Position numbers and translations under genes: made by a program. From the human T2T-CHM13v2.0 reference genome, Homo sapiens, in the NCBI RefSeq assembly GCF_009914755.1, contig NC_060942.1: 64,000 nt of DNA. One strand, 5' to 3'. Below, in pieces: positions 1 to 13,649 of this stretch (position 1 is its first letter; every line of letters starts with the position of its first letter). The notes beneath the pieces are model-generated. The model saw only the letters and a list, made by a program, of their open reading frames with translations, was not told the DNA's origin and searched no databases.

Positions 1-1605
1 CTTACTGAACATCCAGTCAGTTCAAGATAGCAGCTGACCTGGTGCTCCTAACAAACCATAGTCTTGTCTGGAGCTGGACCTCCACCCCTGGTCTCTGTAA
101 GATACTCCTCCAGGTATCATCCAGTGAAATCTAGACCTGTATTTCAGCCCTTTTTCACTCTGTAAAATACTTGCTGTCAAAGTAAGACTTTAGTGTAATT
201 TAATCTCAGATTTAGAAGAAGAGAACTATAAAAACAGCTTAAATAATCATTCACCTCCCCAACAAACTATAAAGGACTATAAAAAGTTATGTAAGTTGTA
301 CATTATAACCATTGCCACACCCTGGATGTGTGTCTTGCTGTCTACTCACTAGTGTTATTTTTTTGTAACACAGGAGAAATAATCTCAGGTATTTTATTTG
401 AAAATATAATCTGATTGTGATTCTTATATTTATAATTACATGTATTTATTCAACTAATATTATTCAACCTGCACTTCCAGGAGCAGTGCTAGTTATGCTA
501 GTAAAAATATATTGGGCCAGCCACCAAAAGGCAATAGACTTCTTATTAGAAAAATAGTATGTCGTATGTCTTTAGCTATATTTGAAAATAAGTTCCAATA
601 AGCTTAGAACTTTCTTTGAAACATTTTTTGGAAAACATAATCTACCATAAAGCAGAATGTAACGCAGTAGATCTAAATTGAAATAAATAGTTTTATTATG
701 TCTCCCCTTTGAACCTTTATTGAGGTTGTCTATATAATTTGGGGCAGGTAAACATCCTAGCTTGCTAGTCAGTGATATTAAAATTGTTTAATTTTCATTT
801 TATAAAACTGTATCCTTTCTATAAAGTTAAATATATTTTCTTTCTGGCCCTACCTTTTATGACTTTCTCATTTCTCTGCATAATGACCAGTTTATTTTAC
901 TAACCTGGTTATTCCGTCTTCTTCTTTAACCAGTTTACCTGGTGATTCCTCCATACTCTCAGTTCACATGCCAACTATCTGTGAATGTTAAAATATTGAA
1001 CCCACAAATTCATAAAGGCCTGTAAGGTCATATTATCCACATTTTCTCTAAGTTCCAAGGGAAAGTCCATATTTGAAACTAATGGGAATGTTCGAAACTT
1101 CTCAGGGCAGGAGACTGACTACATTAAGATGCAAGCTAACCATTGACTAGGTCTTCCCATTTATTAGAAAATCTTTCTTATGTTGATGTCACTTGTTACT
1201 TGCTCATTTTTCCCCAGAAAAAGGGGTTTTTTTTTTTTCTGAAGCCACAAAGGAGAAACTTCTCCTATATAAAGTATTCCCGAGTCCCGTCATGTTGTTT
1301 TAAAGTGCACTGTTCTCAGAGATTCTCCAAACTCTGCCACCTCTGTAACTAAATGACCACACTGTGTGGGCATTGCTGTGTGTGAGGCCCATTAGCTGTG
1401 AGGAAAAGAGGTTCACTCTTTACCTAAAATAATGGAGACTTATTATGAAAATCTATGTAGAAATGATGAAGGCAGAAATCTCTAATTGAAGAGCCAGGCA
1501 TCAAAAAACAAACAAACAAACAAAAAAAAAACAACCATGGAAACAACAGCCAGGCAGGCTACAGAGATAATAAAAAAATAGAACAGCATTCATGGCACAC
1601 CATGA

Positions 1606-2148
<543 letters not shown>

Positions 2149-2213
2149 TAACTTTTCCAAATTCAAACTTCCTCATAGAGAGTTTCAACGAGTAATCTGT
2201 GCCTCTTTGCACA

Positions 2214-2390
2214 AATAATAATAGCTAACATTTATTATCTTGTTCCTATGGATCCATTTTATATATTAGGAAATTGAGATGTAAAAAAGTTACATGTTTC
2301 CCAAGGTCATACTGCTGGTATATGTCAGGCAGGACTTGAACTCAGGCAATCAGCTCCTGAGGCTCCACCCTTAACAATTACTGCATATTA
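2214..2390 (-). mobile_element. MIR SINE fragment
   Basis: aataatagctaacatttatt...aggaaattgag...cccaaggtcatac...ggacttgaactcagg matches the antisense MIR core. Confidence 0.75.
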
Positions 2391-2659
2391 CCTGAGGTTT
2401 CAAATCAGATTATTCCAAGATCACTGGATAGTCTTTGGCTGTTGTTGGGTCTAGTGTCCACCCCTGTATCATCAACTAGAATTAGGATACAGAACACACC
2501 ACACTCTATTCCCCCTTGCAGAGCCTCCTTGAGCAGTTCTGTAAGCTCTCGGAGGCCAGTGAACTGTGTTAAAAAATAAACTCTATATTCTAATTTATCA
2601 CATTCAACTAAATTGTAAAAGCAGAAAGCCAATGATTATATTCATTATTATGTTCTATT

Positions 2660-2930
2660 TCTAGTGAAGTTAGATCTTTTATTATTACTCAGAAACACTT
2701 TTTTATGTCCAGTAATTATTTTTGCCTTAAAGTCCATTTTATTAGATAGTAATATAGCTACACGTTCTTGCTTAGAATGTGCTTGGCATATCTTGTTTAA
2801 TTGTTTTACATTTAACCTTTCTGTATTCTTATGTTTTAGATCTATCTCTTACAAATAATTTATATTTAGATTTCTTAATCCATTCTGTGCTGTTTGTTCT
2901 GTGTATCTTTTCTCTATCCTCCCTTGCCTT
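2660..2930 (-). mobile_element. Old L1M (L1ME-like) ORF2 5' fragment
   Basis: ccttaaagtccattttattagatagtaatatagctac...gcttggcatatc resembles the antisense L1 endonuclease region; further decayed L1-like sequence probably continues to ~3900. Confidence 0.6.
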
Positions 2931-2940
2931 CTTTTAGATC

Positions 2941-3090
2941 TTTTATATATACAAATATAAATTATACCATATTTATACTATATATTATATAGTAAAGTGT
3001 ATATATACTATATATGATATATTTACATATAGTATATACTATATAGTTTATATATATATGCTATATATTTTAGTATATACTAAATATAAT
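2941..3090. repeat. (TA)n-rich low-complexity tract
   Basis: Degenerate tatata/tactata repeats. Confidence 0.85.
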
Positions 3091-4402
3091 ACACTTAATA
3101 CTTGCAGCTATTTACTCTTGTTTGGAAGTTATGTATCCTTATTTTTATCCTATAAGTCATAGGCAGTTTTTAAATGTATTATAATTTAATATTACTTAAT
3201 AACTTTAAAATCTTTCAGGACAATAGAAGAAACTGAGAACACTAATTCCGTTTACTACTTCCCAACATACATACTACCAGTGTTGTATATTTTAATTCAA
3301 CATTTGTAAAATACCACAAGGCATTATTATTTTATGTAGTTAAATTAATATAGAATTACCCATACATTTGCTCCTTTTTAAAAATGTTTCATCCTAGAGC
3401 TTCTATCAAATCAAATTTTGTCACTCTGAGGTAAATCCTTCAATATTGACTCCAGAACAATTCTTCATCTTCTCTCTTTTATTCCTTTACAGAATCTCAT
3501 TAAAATTATGTTAGACTTTCTTTAATTTGTATGTCACTTGTGTCTTCTCTCTTCTATAATTATTCATTATTTTGTCTTTTCCTGTTTCTCTCTAGAAAAT
3601 TTCTTTTCACCCATTTTCTGTTTCACTAATTCTCTGTTTATCCATGTGTCATGTGTTTTTGAACTCAAATATTAAGGTTTCAGTTAGAGTTCTTGTATAA
3701 TTTGTTAAAGTTTGGCTTGTAACTTCTTTAAATCTGCATTGTATCTTTTCATAATTTTCACTTTATACATACTCAAGCTTGCTTTTAATTTTTTAATACA
3801 CTCTTTGTGGGCCTTTTTTGTTTTGCTATTTTTTCAGTTAAAGATTCTGGATTGCTTTTGTGTCTGGTCATCTTTGATCCCGTCTGGACAGCAATCATAA
3901 AAAATCTGTAGAAATAATTTGAGGCTTATAATAAAAGTACTTTTTCTAAGGAGAGGATTTATGTTTGCTACTATTGGTTACCTGGGGGAATTATTTCAGG
4001 ACAACATTAAGCCATGTTAAAGATAAGGTTTTCTGGATTTTCTAAGGCACACGAAACAATGCTAAAAGTCATTCACAAATGGTTATCATAATTCCAGTTT
4101 GTCTTTACCCAAAATGTGAAATGTGTGTCCCCCTTGGTGCCAAATAAAAGTGAAAAGGATATTTATCTGCTTTCCCTCTTGGGTAAGCCCTGAGCTTTCA
4201 CTCACCACCTTTAGCCAACTAGACTTCAGAAACCTTCACTTATAGGCAAATAACCCTTCAAGAAAAATGGTTTTGAATTGTCCTCTTACATTTATGGGTT
4301 TTATTTTTTTTTCCAGTTTTTTTGCCCTATAATTCCTTTCTATCTTATTAGCTTTTAGAAATGTTTAAGAAGGTTAATATATTTCATTCAGATTTATAGT
4401 TC

Positions 4403-4745
4403 TTTTTTTCGCTTTTATTTTAAGTCGAAGGCTACATGTGCAGGTTTATGGTATAGGTAAACTTGTGTCATGGGGGTTTGTTGTACAGATTATTTCATTA
4501 CCCAGGTATTAAGCCTAATACCCATTAGTTATTTTTCCTGATCCTCTCCCTCCTCCGACACTCCACCCTCCTAAAGGCCCCAGTGTGTATTGTTCCCCTC
4601 TATGTGTCCATGTTTTCTCATCATTTAGCCCACTTTTAAGTGAGAACATACGGTATTTGGTTTTCTATTCCTGTGTTAGTTTGCTAAGGATGATGACCTC
4701 CAGCTCCATCCACGTCCCTGCAAAGGACATGATCTCATTCTTCTT
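4403..4745 (-). mobile_element. L1PA (older, ~PA13-16) 3' end
   Basis: tacatgtgcaggttt...ataggtaaacttgtgtcatgggggtttgttgtacagattatttcat...gtgagaacatacggtatttggttttct matches the antisense L1PA 3'UTR. Confidence 0.9.
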
Positions 4746-4924
4746 AGCAAAAACATTTTTCTTAGCTTTTCTAGCCCACCATTAGTTGAAGTGAATATTC
4801 ACAATATTTCTAATATATGAACTTTCAGGTACATTTCATTGTTTTTCCAAAATTTAACAAAAACTTGTGATGAGAAGTGTGATCTTTGGGATTTTCTGAA
4901 AATAATCATGACTGGACTTACCTT

Positions 4925-5056
4925 CAGGTATTCTGATTCAAAAGATCTGTAGTCACAGTGGGGATTTGTGATGTTGAAGAAATTTCCAGTTGATTCTGCC
5001 ATGAGCTCACTGACCGACACCCACACAAAGAACATCAGCAATTTGAGAACCTCTGG
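4925..5056. mobile_element. MER5A-like hAT-Charlie MITE fragment
   Basis: attctgattca...tgattctg...tttgagaacctctg resembles the MER5 terminus. Confidence 0.55.
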
Positions 5057-5964
5057 TTCAAATTATACACTCTCCATAGAGAACTTCAAACTTTGTCTCA
5101 TCTAGCATTCCTGATGCATTAATCACACTCCCCAACACGTTCCCCAAATCTGTCATAGTGGCTCCCAGTCACAAGGACTTTTCTCAAAGGTAATGGATTC
5201 TTAGGGGCAGGTAGATTCGTAGTTTGAAAGAGCCCCAAGGAGAAATACAGTATCTTTCTCACCTCACTGTGCGTTGAATATAAGCATTATCCAGACTGCT
5301 TTAGTCAGGTAAACTGCAATTTTAGAAACCAAGGAAACATAATGATTAGATCCCTTGTGTGTAAAGATGACAGTCTGCATCCCCTCATGACTTTGTATTC
5401 TTTATTATATTTATAGTTTTGTTTCTTTTCATTTCAGATGGTGACGCATGCAGATAGAAGACAAAAGAGATCTTAAAAATTCCTTGTTTTCCCACAGCCT
5501 CTCTGATGCCCCATTTGAAAACAATTGCACAACATAAACAGGAAAAAGTAGGTAGGGTCTATTACTTCCTCCTCTTTAGTGCTATGTGTTTGTGGGAGGG
5601 TATGCATATCAAATAGTGATTTCAAAAAAGAGGCACTGAATGCCCTATATCACATTTCACTAAAGTACTGTGTTTATATTGGATGTACTGCCATGTGTCA
5701 ATTGAAGAAAACAATAAACAAAGCCAAAGAACAATGAAAGGAAATGATATTTAGAACATCTTGTTTCCTGCACTTTTTCCTTAGTCATACAGCCACTCCA
5801 GAAGAGGCATCCAACTGGTTTTGGGTGAGTCACATTGAGAAGAACCAGGAAGTTTACTCCAACTCTATTTATGAGACAATGAGTAACTACTCAAGCAGAG
5901 GAGGAAGAAACAATGTTTATGCCCCCAAAGAAGTACTGGATAAATGACAAGTTGAAAAGTACAC

Positions 5965-6175
5965 TTTTTTATTTGTCTAAATGTAAGGGGTGCAAATGCA
6001 GTTTTGTTACATAGATATGTTGTGTAGTGGTGAAGTCTGGCCTTTAAGTGTAACCATCACCCAAATAGTGTACATTGTGTTGCTTAAATAATTTCTCATC
6101 CCTCACCCCCTTCCCACCCTCCCACCCTTCTGAGTCTCCGATGACTGTTATTCCACATTCTATGTCCATGTCTAC
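5965..6175 (-). mobile_element. L1PB-like extreme 3' end
   Basis: gcagttttgttacatagatatgttgtgtagtggtgaagtctggcctttaagtgtaaccatcacccaaatagtgtacattgt matches the antisense L1PB 3'UTR. Confidence 0.85.
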
Positions 6176-6903
6176 GCAGAAAATACATTGTCTTCTAATA
6201 CTCAGCACCTTATATTGTACACAATATGCTCAACAAAAATTCTGTTCCAATTGATTTGTGGGGACAAGCAGTTCAGCTAAACATTCATGAGGGAGAAAAA
6301 TGGGAATTTCAAAGGTCTCTGGCCTTGTCGTAGGTAAACAAGGGAGCATCTGTGACTTTTATCGAAGTCATATGGGGAAGCGGGATTCTTTCCAGAAAGC
6401 TGTTTCTGGAACATAGAAGAGTGAGAGAGATTTTTTTTTTTTTTCACTTTCATTGTTTTCCAAGGACACAGAGCTCAGGTAAAGTTTGACATTGTCGATA
6501 GCCTTCATCATCCCCAACCATGTTAGCCAGTAACCTTGTGATTTCAACGGAGCCAACATCTCCTCTTGCCTCCAAACTATTTTTTCTTATAATCTACAAG
6601 ATAAATTTGTCTGGATTCAATATTCTGTCAATACTGTAAATGCTAAAATCATTGTTTTAGATACCCCAATCATGAACACAATGATCCTATCTTTTCTGAT
6701 TATTTGGTAAACCAGTAAATAATCATCACTTGTTATTTGTTTACCATAAAAATCTGTCTTCCAAGACCTACTCAGTCTCCAGTGCAGAGGCCTGAGAAGC
6801 AACACATGAAATAATCATCCGGGTGACCCTTATTGTTGGGCACGTTTGAGATAAGTACCATTCTACACCTGTCTTCTCTTCCTTACCTGGGCTTCTCTTA
6901 GCC

Positions 6904-7452
6904 CAGTAGTCTTCAATCCCGACTATTTATTAGAATCATCTATGGAAACTGACAGGGTCTTATTGTGTGCCCCCAAAATTCATATATTGAAATCGAATCC
7001 CCAGTATGATGGTATTAGGAGGTGGGACCTTTGGGAGGTGATTAGACCCTGAGAACAGAGCCTTCCTGAATGGGATCAATATCCTTATAAAAGAGTCTGC
7101 AGGGAGTTATTAGATAAACCCTTCCACTATACAAAGATACAACAATAAGATGTCATCTATGAACCAGGAAGTGAGCCTTCACCAGACAGTGAATCTGCCA
7201 GTACCTTATTCTTGGACTTCTCAGCTTCCAGAACTGTGAAAAATACATTTCTGTCATTTGTAAGCCACCTAGTTTATGGTATTTTGTTATAGCAGGCATA
7301 ATGAATTAAGACAAACCTTTTAAAAAATACTGATGTCTGCACTCCAGCTTAGACTAATTAAATTAAAACGTCTTCTGGTGCTGGGATTCCAGCACAGGTA
7401 ATTTTTAAGAGTCCCAGATGATTCTAATGCTCAGCCATGGTTGAGAAACAAG
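6904..7452. mobile_element. MER5B/MER5A-like MITE split by an MLT1A0 insertion (pieces 6904-6949 and 7314-7452)
   Basis: cagtagtcttcaatcc...ttagaatcatct before the LTR; ttttaaaaaatactgatg...gatgattctaatgctcagccatggttgagaaac after it. Confidence 0.7.
6950..7313 (+). mobile_element. MLT1A0-like MaLR solo LTR
   Basis: cccccaaaattcatatattgaaat...gatggtattaggaggtggg...cttggacttctcagcttccagaactgtg...ttttgttatagcag...taagaca; tg...ca ends. Confidence 0.9.
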
Positions 7453-7634
7453 ATTCTGCTTCTCTGATCTCTTTTCTTCAACTCCCCTCCCTGTCCCTTC
7501 AGCTCTCTTTCTTTTTGTCTTCCTTACATGTATCTAACTTAGATTCCATAATCCATCATTTCACTAAGTTTCCTGTCATTATTTAAAACTCACCTTCCTT
7601 TTGTATTTTGATTGAGTATACCTGTCAAAACCAA

Positions 7635-7931
7635 AGCTGGATATCGTGGTTCATGCCTGTAGTCCCAACACTTTGGGAGGCCGAGGCAGGAGGATCACTT
7701 GAGGCTAGGAGTTTGAGACTAGCCTGGGAAACATAGTGAGATACTCTCTCTACAAAATTAAAAGAATTTAGCCAGGCGTGGGCATGCATGTCTGTAGTCC
7801 CAGCTACTCAGGAGGCCGAGGTGAGAGGGTCCCTTAAGCCCAGGAGTTCAAGGCTGCTGTGAGCTGTGATTGCACCAGCACACTTCAACATTGGGGAAAA
7901 AAACAAGACCCTGACTCAAAAACAAAACAAA
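7635..7931 (+). mobile_element. Alu SINE (AluJ type)
   Basis: Dimer with J-type motifs gaggcaggaggatcacttgagg and cccaggagttcaaggctgctgtgagc; A-rich tail. Confidence 0.93.
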
Positions 7932-8053
7932 TCACTACTTGAATCTTAACCATTGAGCAGTGCTATAGAAATTATAATTATTGTGCAAATAAATAATACC
8001 ACAAATTAAAAAAAAAAACAACTCCCCAATTATCCTATTGAATTTTTTCAAGC

Positions 8054-8250
8054 CAGTGATTCTCTGGCTTGAAAATGTGGCCTACAGACTAGAAGTATCA
8101 GCATTACCAGATCATTTGTTAGAAATGCAAATCCTTGGAACTTTTTCTGGACCAAACCGAATCAGAAACTCTGGGGTTGAGCCCTAGCAATCTAGGATTC
8201 ATCCAGTCCTTTAGGTGATTCTCAAGTGAGTTAAAGCTTTTGAACCACTG
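8054..8250. mobile_element. MER5A MITE, near full length
   Basis: TIRs cagtgattctc...tgaaccactg; internal tgttagaaatgcaaat and gaatcagaaactctgggg; related 8-bp flanks tttcaagc / ttctaagt. Confidence 0.85.
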
Positions 8251-8756
8251 TTCTAAGTAGCATGCCCTCTTTCTCTTTACAATAACGTCTGCAGTTTTTC
8301 TGCTTTGATTGACATTCTAAACTGTTTATCCCTTTATGTTTTAGTAGTCCCCCAAACTCTGATGATTTTCTAACCACATTTCTTGTTACCTTACCCTCTA
8401 CCACTAAAGAGCTACCTGTATGCCATCAGCTTCCAGCCCTCCAGCTGGCCCACTGCACCTCTGTTTGGCTGGCCTGGTCCCTGTGCATTATAGTGGCAAT
8501 AGCAGGCATGGAATGTGGGGAAAGCAACAGTGTTTATGGTGTTGGGGCCACAGCAGGCATATGCCCAGCACCCATTTGGCTGCCTGAAGCCGGCTTCATA
8601 CCAGCTCTTTGAATTCCCCCCAGTCACCCTTGTTTGGCTGCCTATGAAAATGTAACCATGAAGGGTGCCAACACAGCTGAAAGATTTTTGAATATTACTC
8701 CTGGCCTCACAGTGCCCATCCTCTTAGCTGACAGTCTCACTTACTATTTCACAGAT

Positions 8757-8815
8757 TGTGTATATATCTGTGTGTGTGCCTGTGCAGAAGCACATGTGCG
8801 CATGTGTGTGTGTGG
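8757..8815. repeat. Degenerate (TG)n microsatellite
   Basis: Interrupted tgtgtg runs. Confidence 0.7.
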
Positions 8816-8959
8816 TAGTCATAGTCATTAGTAGTCACTTGGAGACAGGGACTGCAACCAAACCTGTCACTCCACCTTTATCTGCTCTAACTTATCTCTA
8901 CCTGTGATAATCTGTGCTATGAATTTTACTTTATTTTAGTATATCGGGGCTGGAATTAT

Positions 8960-9230
8960 GACTATATTCTCCCATTCCCTTCTTTATCGCATTCTTTATA
9001 CTGCAACCAGTGAAGTCTTTGTAACACACAAATGTGAGCATGGTGTTACCCTGCATGAGAATCATTCAGAGACCCTGCCTTACCTGGCTCTTGCCTACCT
9101 GTGCCTGCCAGTCCTGCCACTTTTCTCTGAGATCTCCCTCCATCTGTCTTCTTTCATGTTCTCAGTTGTATCAGGCATCCTTCCACTTCACAGGATGTGC
9201 TCTGTGTGTAGAATGCTGCTCCTTCACTTT
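8960..9230 (+). mobile_element. L2 LINE fragment
   Basis: attctttatactgcaaccagtgaagtctttgtaacacacaaatgtgagcatg...cctggctcttgcctacc resembles the L2 3' region. Confidence 0.5.
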
Positions 9231-9539
9231 TACGACAATTATTTTACCTTAATCTGACCAGATATTTTACTGGCACAACATGAACTGAATAGGAAGAAAG
9301 CTAGCTCAATAAGATGATAATTACTGGCTATATTTTAACATTCATATTTTGTTTTTTCTATAATGAACATGTGTTGTTTGCATAAAGTGTTTTAAAATAT
9401 ATTAAATCAACAAGAAGAAAACAAATGAAACCAATGATAAAATTTTAATATATACATACTCCCAATTTTTATGAGTGCTAAAGTAGACTTTTAATATATA
9501 ATCCTTCTATATATGCTGACTTATAACTTATTTCTATTT

Positions 9540-10450
9540 TAAATTACTATATATCAATATATTTTAGTAGCAATATATATGTTTTATATCATTATTTTTA
9601 ACTGCTACATAGTATTTCCATATAAGAAGATTCCATCATCAATCTCCTATTGCAGAGACTTAAGGGTCTTTCAATTTTTCACCATTATAAAAGCTGCTGA
9701 GGTCAACATTCTCATGTGATGATTTTGTGTTCAATCGTGACTATTTGCTTAGCATAAATGTCTAGAAATACAAGTGGTGGATCCAAAGATAGATAACATT
9801 CTAAGGCTATTAATTTCTGAAAAGATTTTAATAGTTAATGTGAAATTGTTCACTGAAAGAAGATCCTCACTCAATAATTTTTATAATTTTTTATTTCCTT
9901 TTATGCTAAAAAATAATGGTGCCTTTAAAATCACTTGCCAATTTGACGGTTTATCATCAATTTCTTGGTGTTAAATTTAGACTTACTTCTAATATTAGAA
10001 TTTATTCTAAAAATATCACTGAGACTTTTAAGCAGAATTGTGTAAAAGTTTGTTAAATTTTTAAGTAATTAATACAGAGTTAGGTACTACAATATTACTT
10101 CATCTAATTCAGAAACATAGTTGTATGACATTCAGTAACATTTTATAGTATCTTCATACTAGTTTTCCTATTATATATTATAAATATTTTACGTTTATTT
10201 ATATATTATAAATATTTCTCATGTTTATTTATTTATCTAGATGTTTTATAGTTTTTATGCTATTGCTAATATATAGCATTCATCATATAATTTGACTTCA
10301 TTACTGGTACATGGAAAAGTTCATAGTCCTAGCATCCTTGACATGATTTTTTATTTATTTGTAATTAAAAATAAAGTAGCCTTCTTTTCAATCATTATCG
10401 AACATCTCCTTAACTTATTGGGCAGGTGAGAAATTCTGGAAAATTGTTAC
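9540..10450 (-). mobile_element. Highly decayed L1ME-like fragment(s)
   Basis: ttttaactgctacatagtatttcca...tcaatttttcaccattataaaagctgctg resembles the antisense L1ME 3' region. Confidence 0.5.
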
Positions 10451-10479
10451 TGGCACAGCACAAATAATTTGTGCAGATT

Positions 10480-11880
10480 TTCTATCCTCAAGAGGTAATA
10501 TACAACTTTCAACTCCTTACATGCGGGTTATATTTTGTGGCTTCCTTCCAAAGAGTACGGTGGGCGAAGGGTGAAAAATGAGTAATAATACAGTGGTGAA
10601 AGCTGACAAACAGCACTTCAGCCAGGTGATCAAGATTGACACCAACCATGATAAGTAATTTGATGGTTTGTTATATAGGGATTGTAAGACTGACAGAATG
10701 GACTTTTTTGTGGTAATAAAATACTGTTATTATTCAGGCTTAAGGCCATGTAAGGGTTAAGGCACACTCCCCTACACTTAAAGAATAAATCTGTTTTAAC
10801 TGTCATGGGATTTTTTTCTTTTTCTTTTTTAGCAGGTAGACAAAAACTGGCCTTTAATATAAACAATATTAAAATAATTATAGCTTTCCAACTGCCAGCT
10901 ACTCACTAACTGGCTCTCCTGTTTTGCCAATCATAACTATAGTTTTGATTGGACAAGAGACTGATTTTAATAATTTTTTTCTGAAAAAATTAGAGACAAT
11001 GAACTGGTTCTGACTGGTTTACAGAGGCTGCACACCAATTATCTCCATGCCCCTGCTTCACCTTTTGATGTATAGGGTCTAATTGTAATACATTTAAATG
11101 TTACATCTCCATCCCAAAGTAAATGTAAGATGCATGTAATGTGCCTATTTGCTTATCATGCATATGCATGTCCCCCCTTCATAAATATGCATAACCCCCA
11201 TATACCTGTTAAATATGTATACTTGGCCGACCTTTCAACATAAATTCCTGTTCCGCCCTCCCTTCCCACAAAGTGCCATCTTCCAGTCTCTGCCAGAGGT
11301 TATGCATGCCTCCCATTCTGTCACGATGGCCAATCTGCAGGCTGTAACCATATATAAGAAATTAAGTCTCCTCTCCAAATTTATAAACCTCGTGATTCTT
11401 CAGTTCACAGTATCCTTGATTTGTAACCTTGACATGATATGATGAGCATGGCACTTTACTTCTGGCATCTCCATCTCAAAACCCATCACCACCATCTAAT
11501 CCTGATGAGAACACAAAAATAAGGGGCACTTACAAAATACCTGACCAGTACTCCTCAAAACTATCACGGTCATAAGAAGAAAAAGGCTGAGAAATGGTCA
11601 CAGCCAAGAGGAGCCTAATGAAAGCTGGAGGATTAAAAATAATGTGGGATCCTGGAACAGAAAAACGACAGTAGGTAAAATCCAAGGAAATGTGAACAAA
11701 CTACGGACACTACTTTAAAATAATGTTATCAAGGTTGGTTCATTAATTTGTAACTAATATACTATAAGGATGCCAGGTGTTAATTATAGGAAAATGATTA
11801 TGAAATATGTGAGAACCCTGTACTAGCTCTACAACTTTTCTGTAAATCTAAAACTGTTCACAAATAAAAAGTGTTTTTTT
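10480..11880 (+). mobile_element. L1MC3/L1MC4-like 3'UTR split by an ERV1 LTR (pieces ~10480-10668 and ~11420-11880)
   Basis: cttccttccaaagagtac...cagccaggtgatcaag before the LTR; caaaatacctgaccagtactcctcaaaact...ggatcctggaacagaaaaa...ttctgtaaatctaaaactgttc after it. Confidence 0.8.
10670..11409 (+). mobile_element. ERV1-class solo LTR (MER39-like)
   Basis: gactgacagaatggact...taaggccatg...agggttaag...cccctacacttaaagaataaa...ccaaatttataaacctcgtgattcttcagttcaca; 5' boundary uncertain by ~15 bp. Confidence 0.75.
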
Positions 11881-11949
11881 TAATGAAATAGTCACATTTG
11901 ATACAGAGAAAAATCCAGTAAACGGATGCTACTTAGCAGTCAAAGTTTG

Positions 11950-12500
11950 AAAATGAGGAATGGAGACTAATAAGCAACAGAAATGTGACACTTAACCAAA
12001 AGAAATTGGATGTAGTAATATTAACAGCAGACAAAATTAAATTTAAGATAAAAAGCACAAAAAGTCCTAAAAGCAGATCACTCTTATTGACCAAGTAGCT
12101 AACCAAGAAGATATTACAGTTGTCATCTTGTGAACATCTATAAATATGTCCATAACTGGTATGAAAACAAAAACCTGATGGACATAAAGAAAGGCTTGAC
12201 AACTCCAAAATCATAGCACAAACATTGTATACCTCTCTTTCAGAAAGAAGATAAAATATTATTAAGAAAACAGAAGATTTGGATATCGAAAGTAACAAGT
12301 GTTATCTAACATGTACACAATATGAGTATCTGATTCTTGTCATGTAAATATGAGATGCTTTCAATTTTTGATCACATAATGACTCACGAGGGAAATACTC
12401 ATAAATTTTAAAAATTATAACATCATAGAAACCACATGCATATAAATTAAAAATCTACAATCAAAAGACTTTTAAAATCCTATGTGTAACATTTTAAAAT
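11950..12500 (+). mobile_element. Old L1M ORF2 (endonuclease region) fragment
   Basis: aaccaaaagaaattggatgtagtaatattaacagcagacaaaat...aaccaagaagatattacagt...tacctctctttcagaaa. Confidence 0.65.
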
Positions 12501-12679
12501 ACAATCCTTACATGTTTTTGTTCCATTCATATACAATATTTTGCAACAAATCTCATAAAACTCAAAACAAGGATCACGTTCATTCTGATGTACCCACAGA
12601 GGCCCAAAAGTCAGGATTTGCGTTATATGTCGGAAAGCATCCTCATGCTAGCAAATTTAACACTGCAAGACACTTTCTT

Positions 12680-12785
12680 CATTTATATATATAAATACAC
12701 AAACATGTGTATGTATATAATATATACAGTATAGTATATACATAGTATATGTGTATGTGTGTGTTTTATATATATATATCTTTAT
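12680..12785. repeat. (TA)n/(TG)n low-complexity tract
   Basis: Direct reading of the sequence. Confidence 0.8.
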
Positions 12786-13649
12786 CTGTCCAGCATTGGT
12801 CATTGTTTTCAGATAAATACCATCATGCAATTTGTGCACATTCGAAAGGACATAAATTCCTTGTTTTAGGGAGTAAAATTAATTCATGTATATATGGGGT
12901 AATACCTATATAACTCACTAGGCTGTTATTATGGATTAAAACATAAGTAAAAATGCATTGTAAGCTACAAGAAGATAAAAAATAGACAGCATTATGTTAA
13001 TTTATTGGCAACAACTATTACTTCCAAGCTGGTAAATAACACTATTCACACCAAAAGAAAGGCAAAGGATGTACTTTGATTTTTTTATCTATACAGATTT
13101 TCAACAAAATTAGTCCCTTAGGGACGTTAGCCACTTGCTGAAAATTACCCTCAGCATATTCGTTTGCCCTCAACTTCAATAGAGAAAAACATCTTAAGCT
13201 TTACGAAAAATATGTACAATCAAATGCCCTTATTATTAAATATTCAATGAAGTGTGTTAAAGCTGTCAAAAGTAATTGATGGCAAACATAACGATTCACC
13301 ACAGGCTATAGAGTCACTAAAATTGGTGCCACAGCAAGATAAAAATATGAAACGTTGAAAGAAAGCATGCACATTCCTGTTAGTAATACTTATACAGAAA
13401 CTTTTATTTATTTTACTCTACTTTTCATAAGTCACTTTTTTCTTGCTGAAAAAGTGAAAGATAGATTTTCTGCTTCAAATTAAGAAATTCAGTAATAGAA
13501 AGATAGAATTCAGTAATGCACCTATAGCATTCATCCCAGTGCAATGTAAAATTTTGCATCTAATCTTACATACCCAAAACAAAGGTAAATGTCAGGATAA
13601 AAAATGATGGATTTACAAATGATAATACCTTCACTTGGTGTGTCCCAGT

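Noticed and set aside
1251-1273. Palindrome aggagaa-ac-ttctcct (two nGAAn units) abutting TATATAAA
   Set aside because: Only two heat-shock-element units and no other promoter evidence; expected by chance in 64 kb of AT-rich DNA
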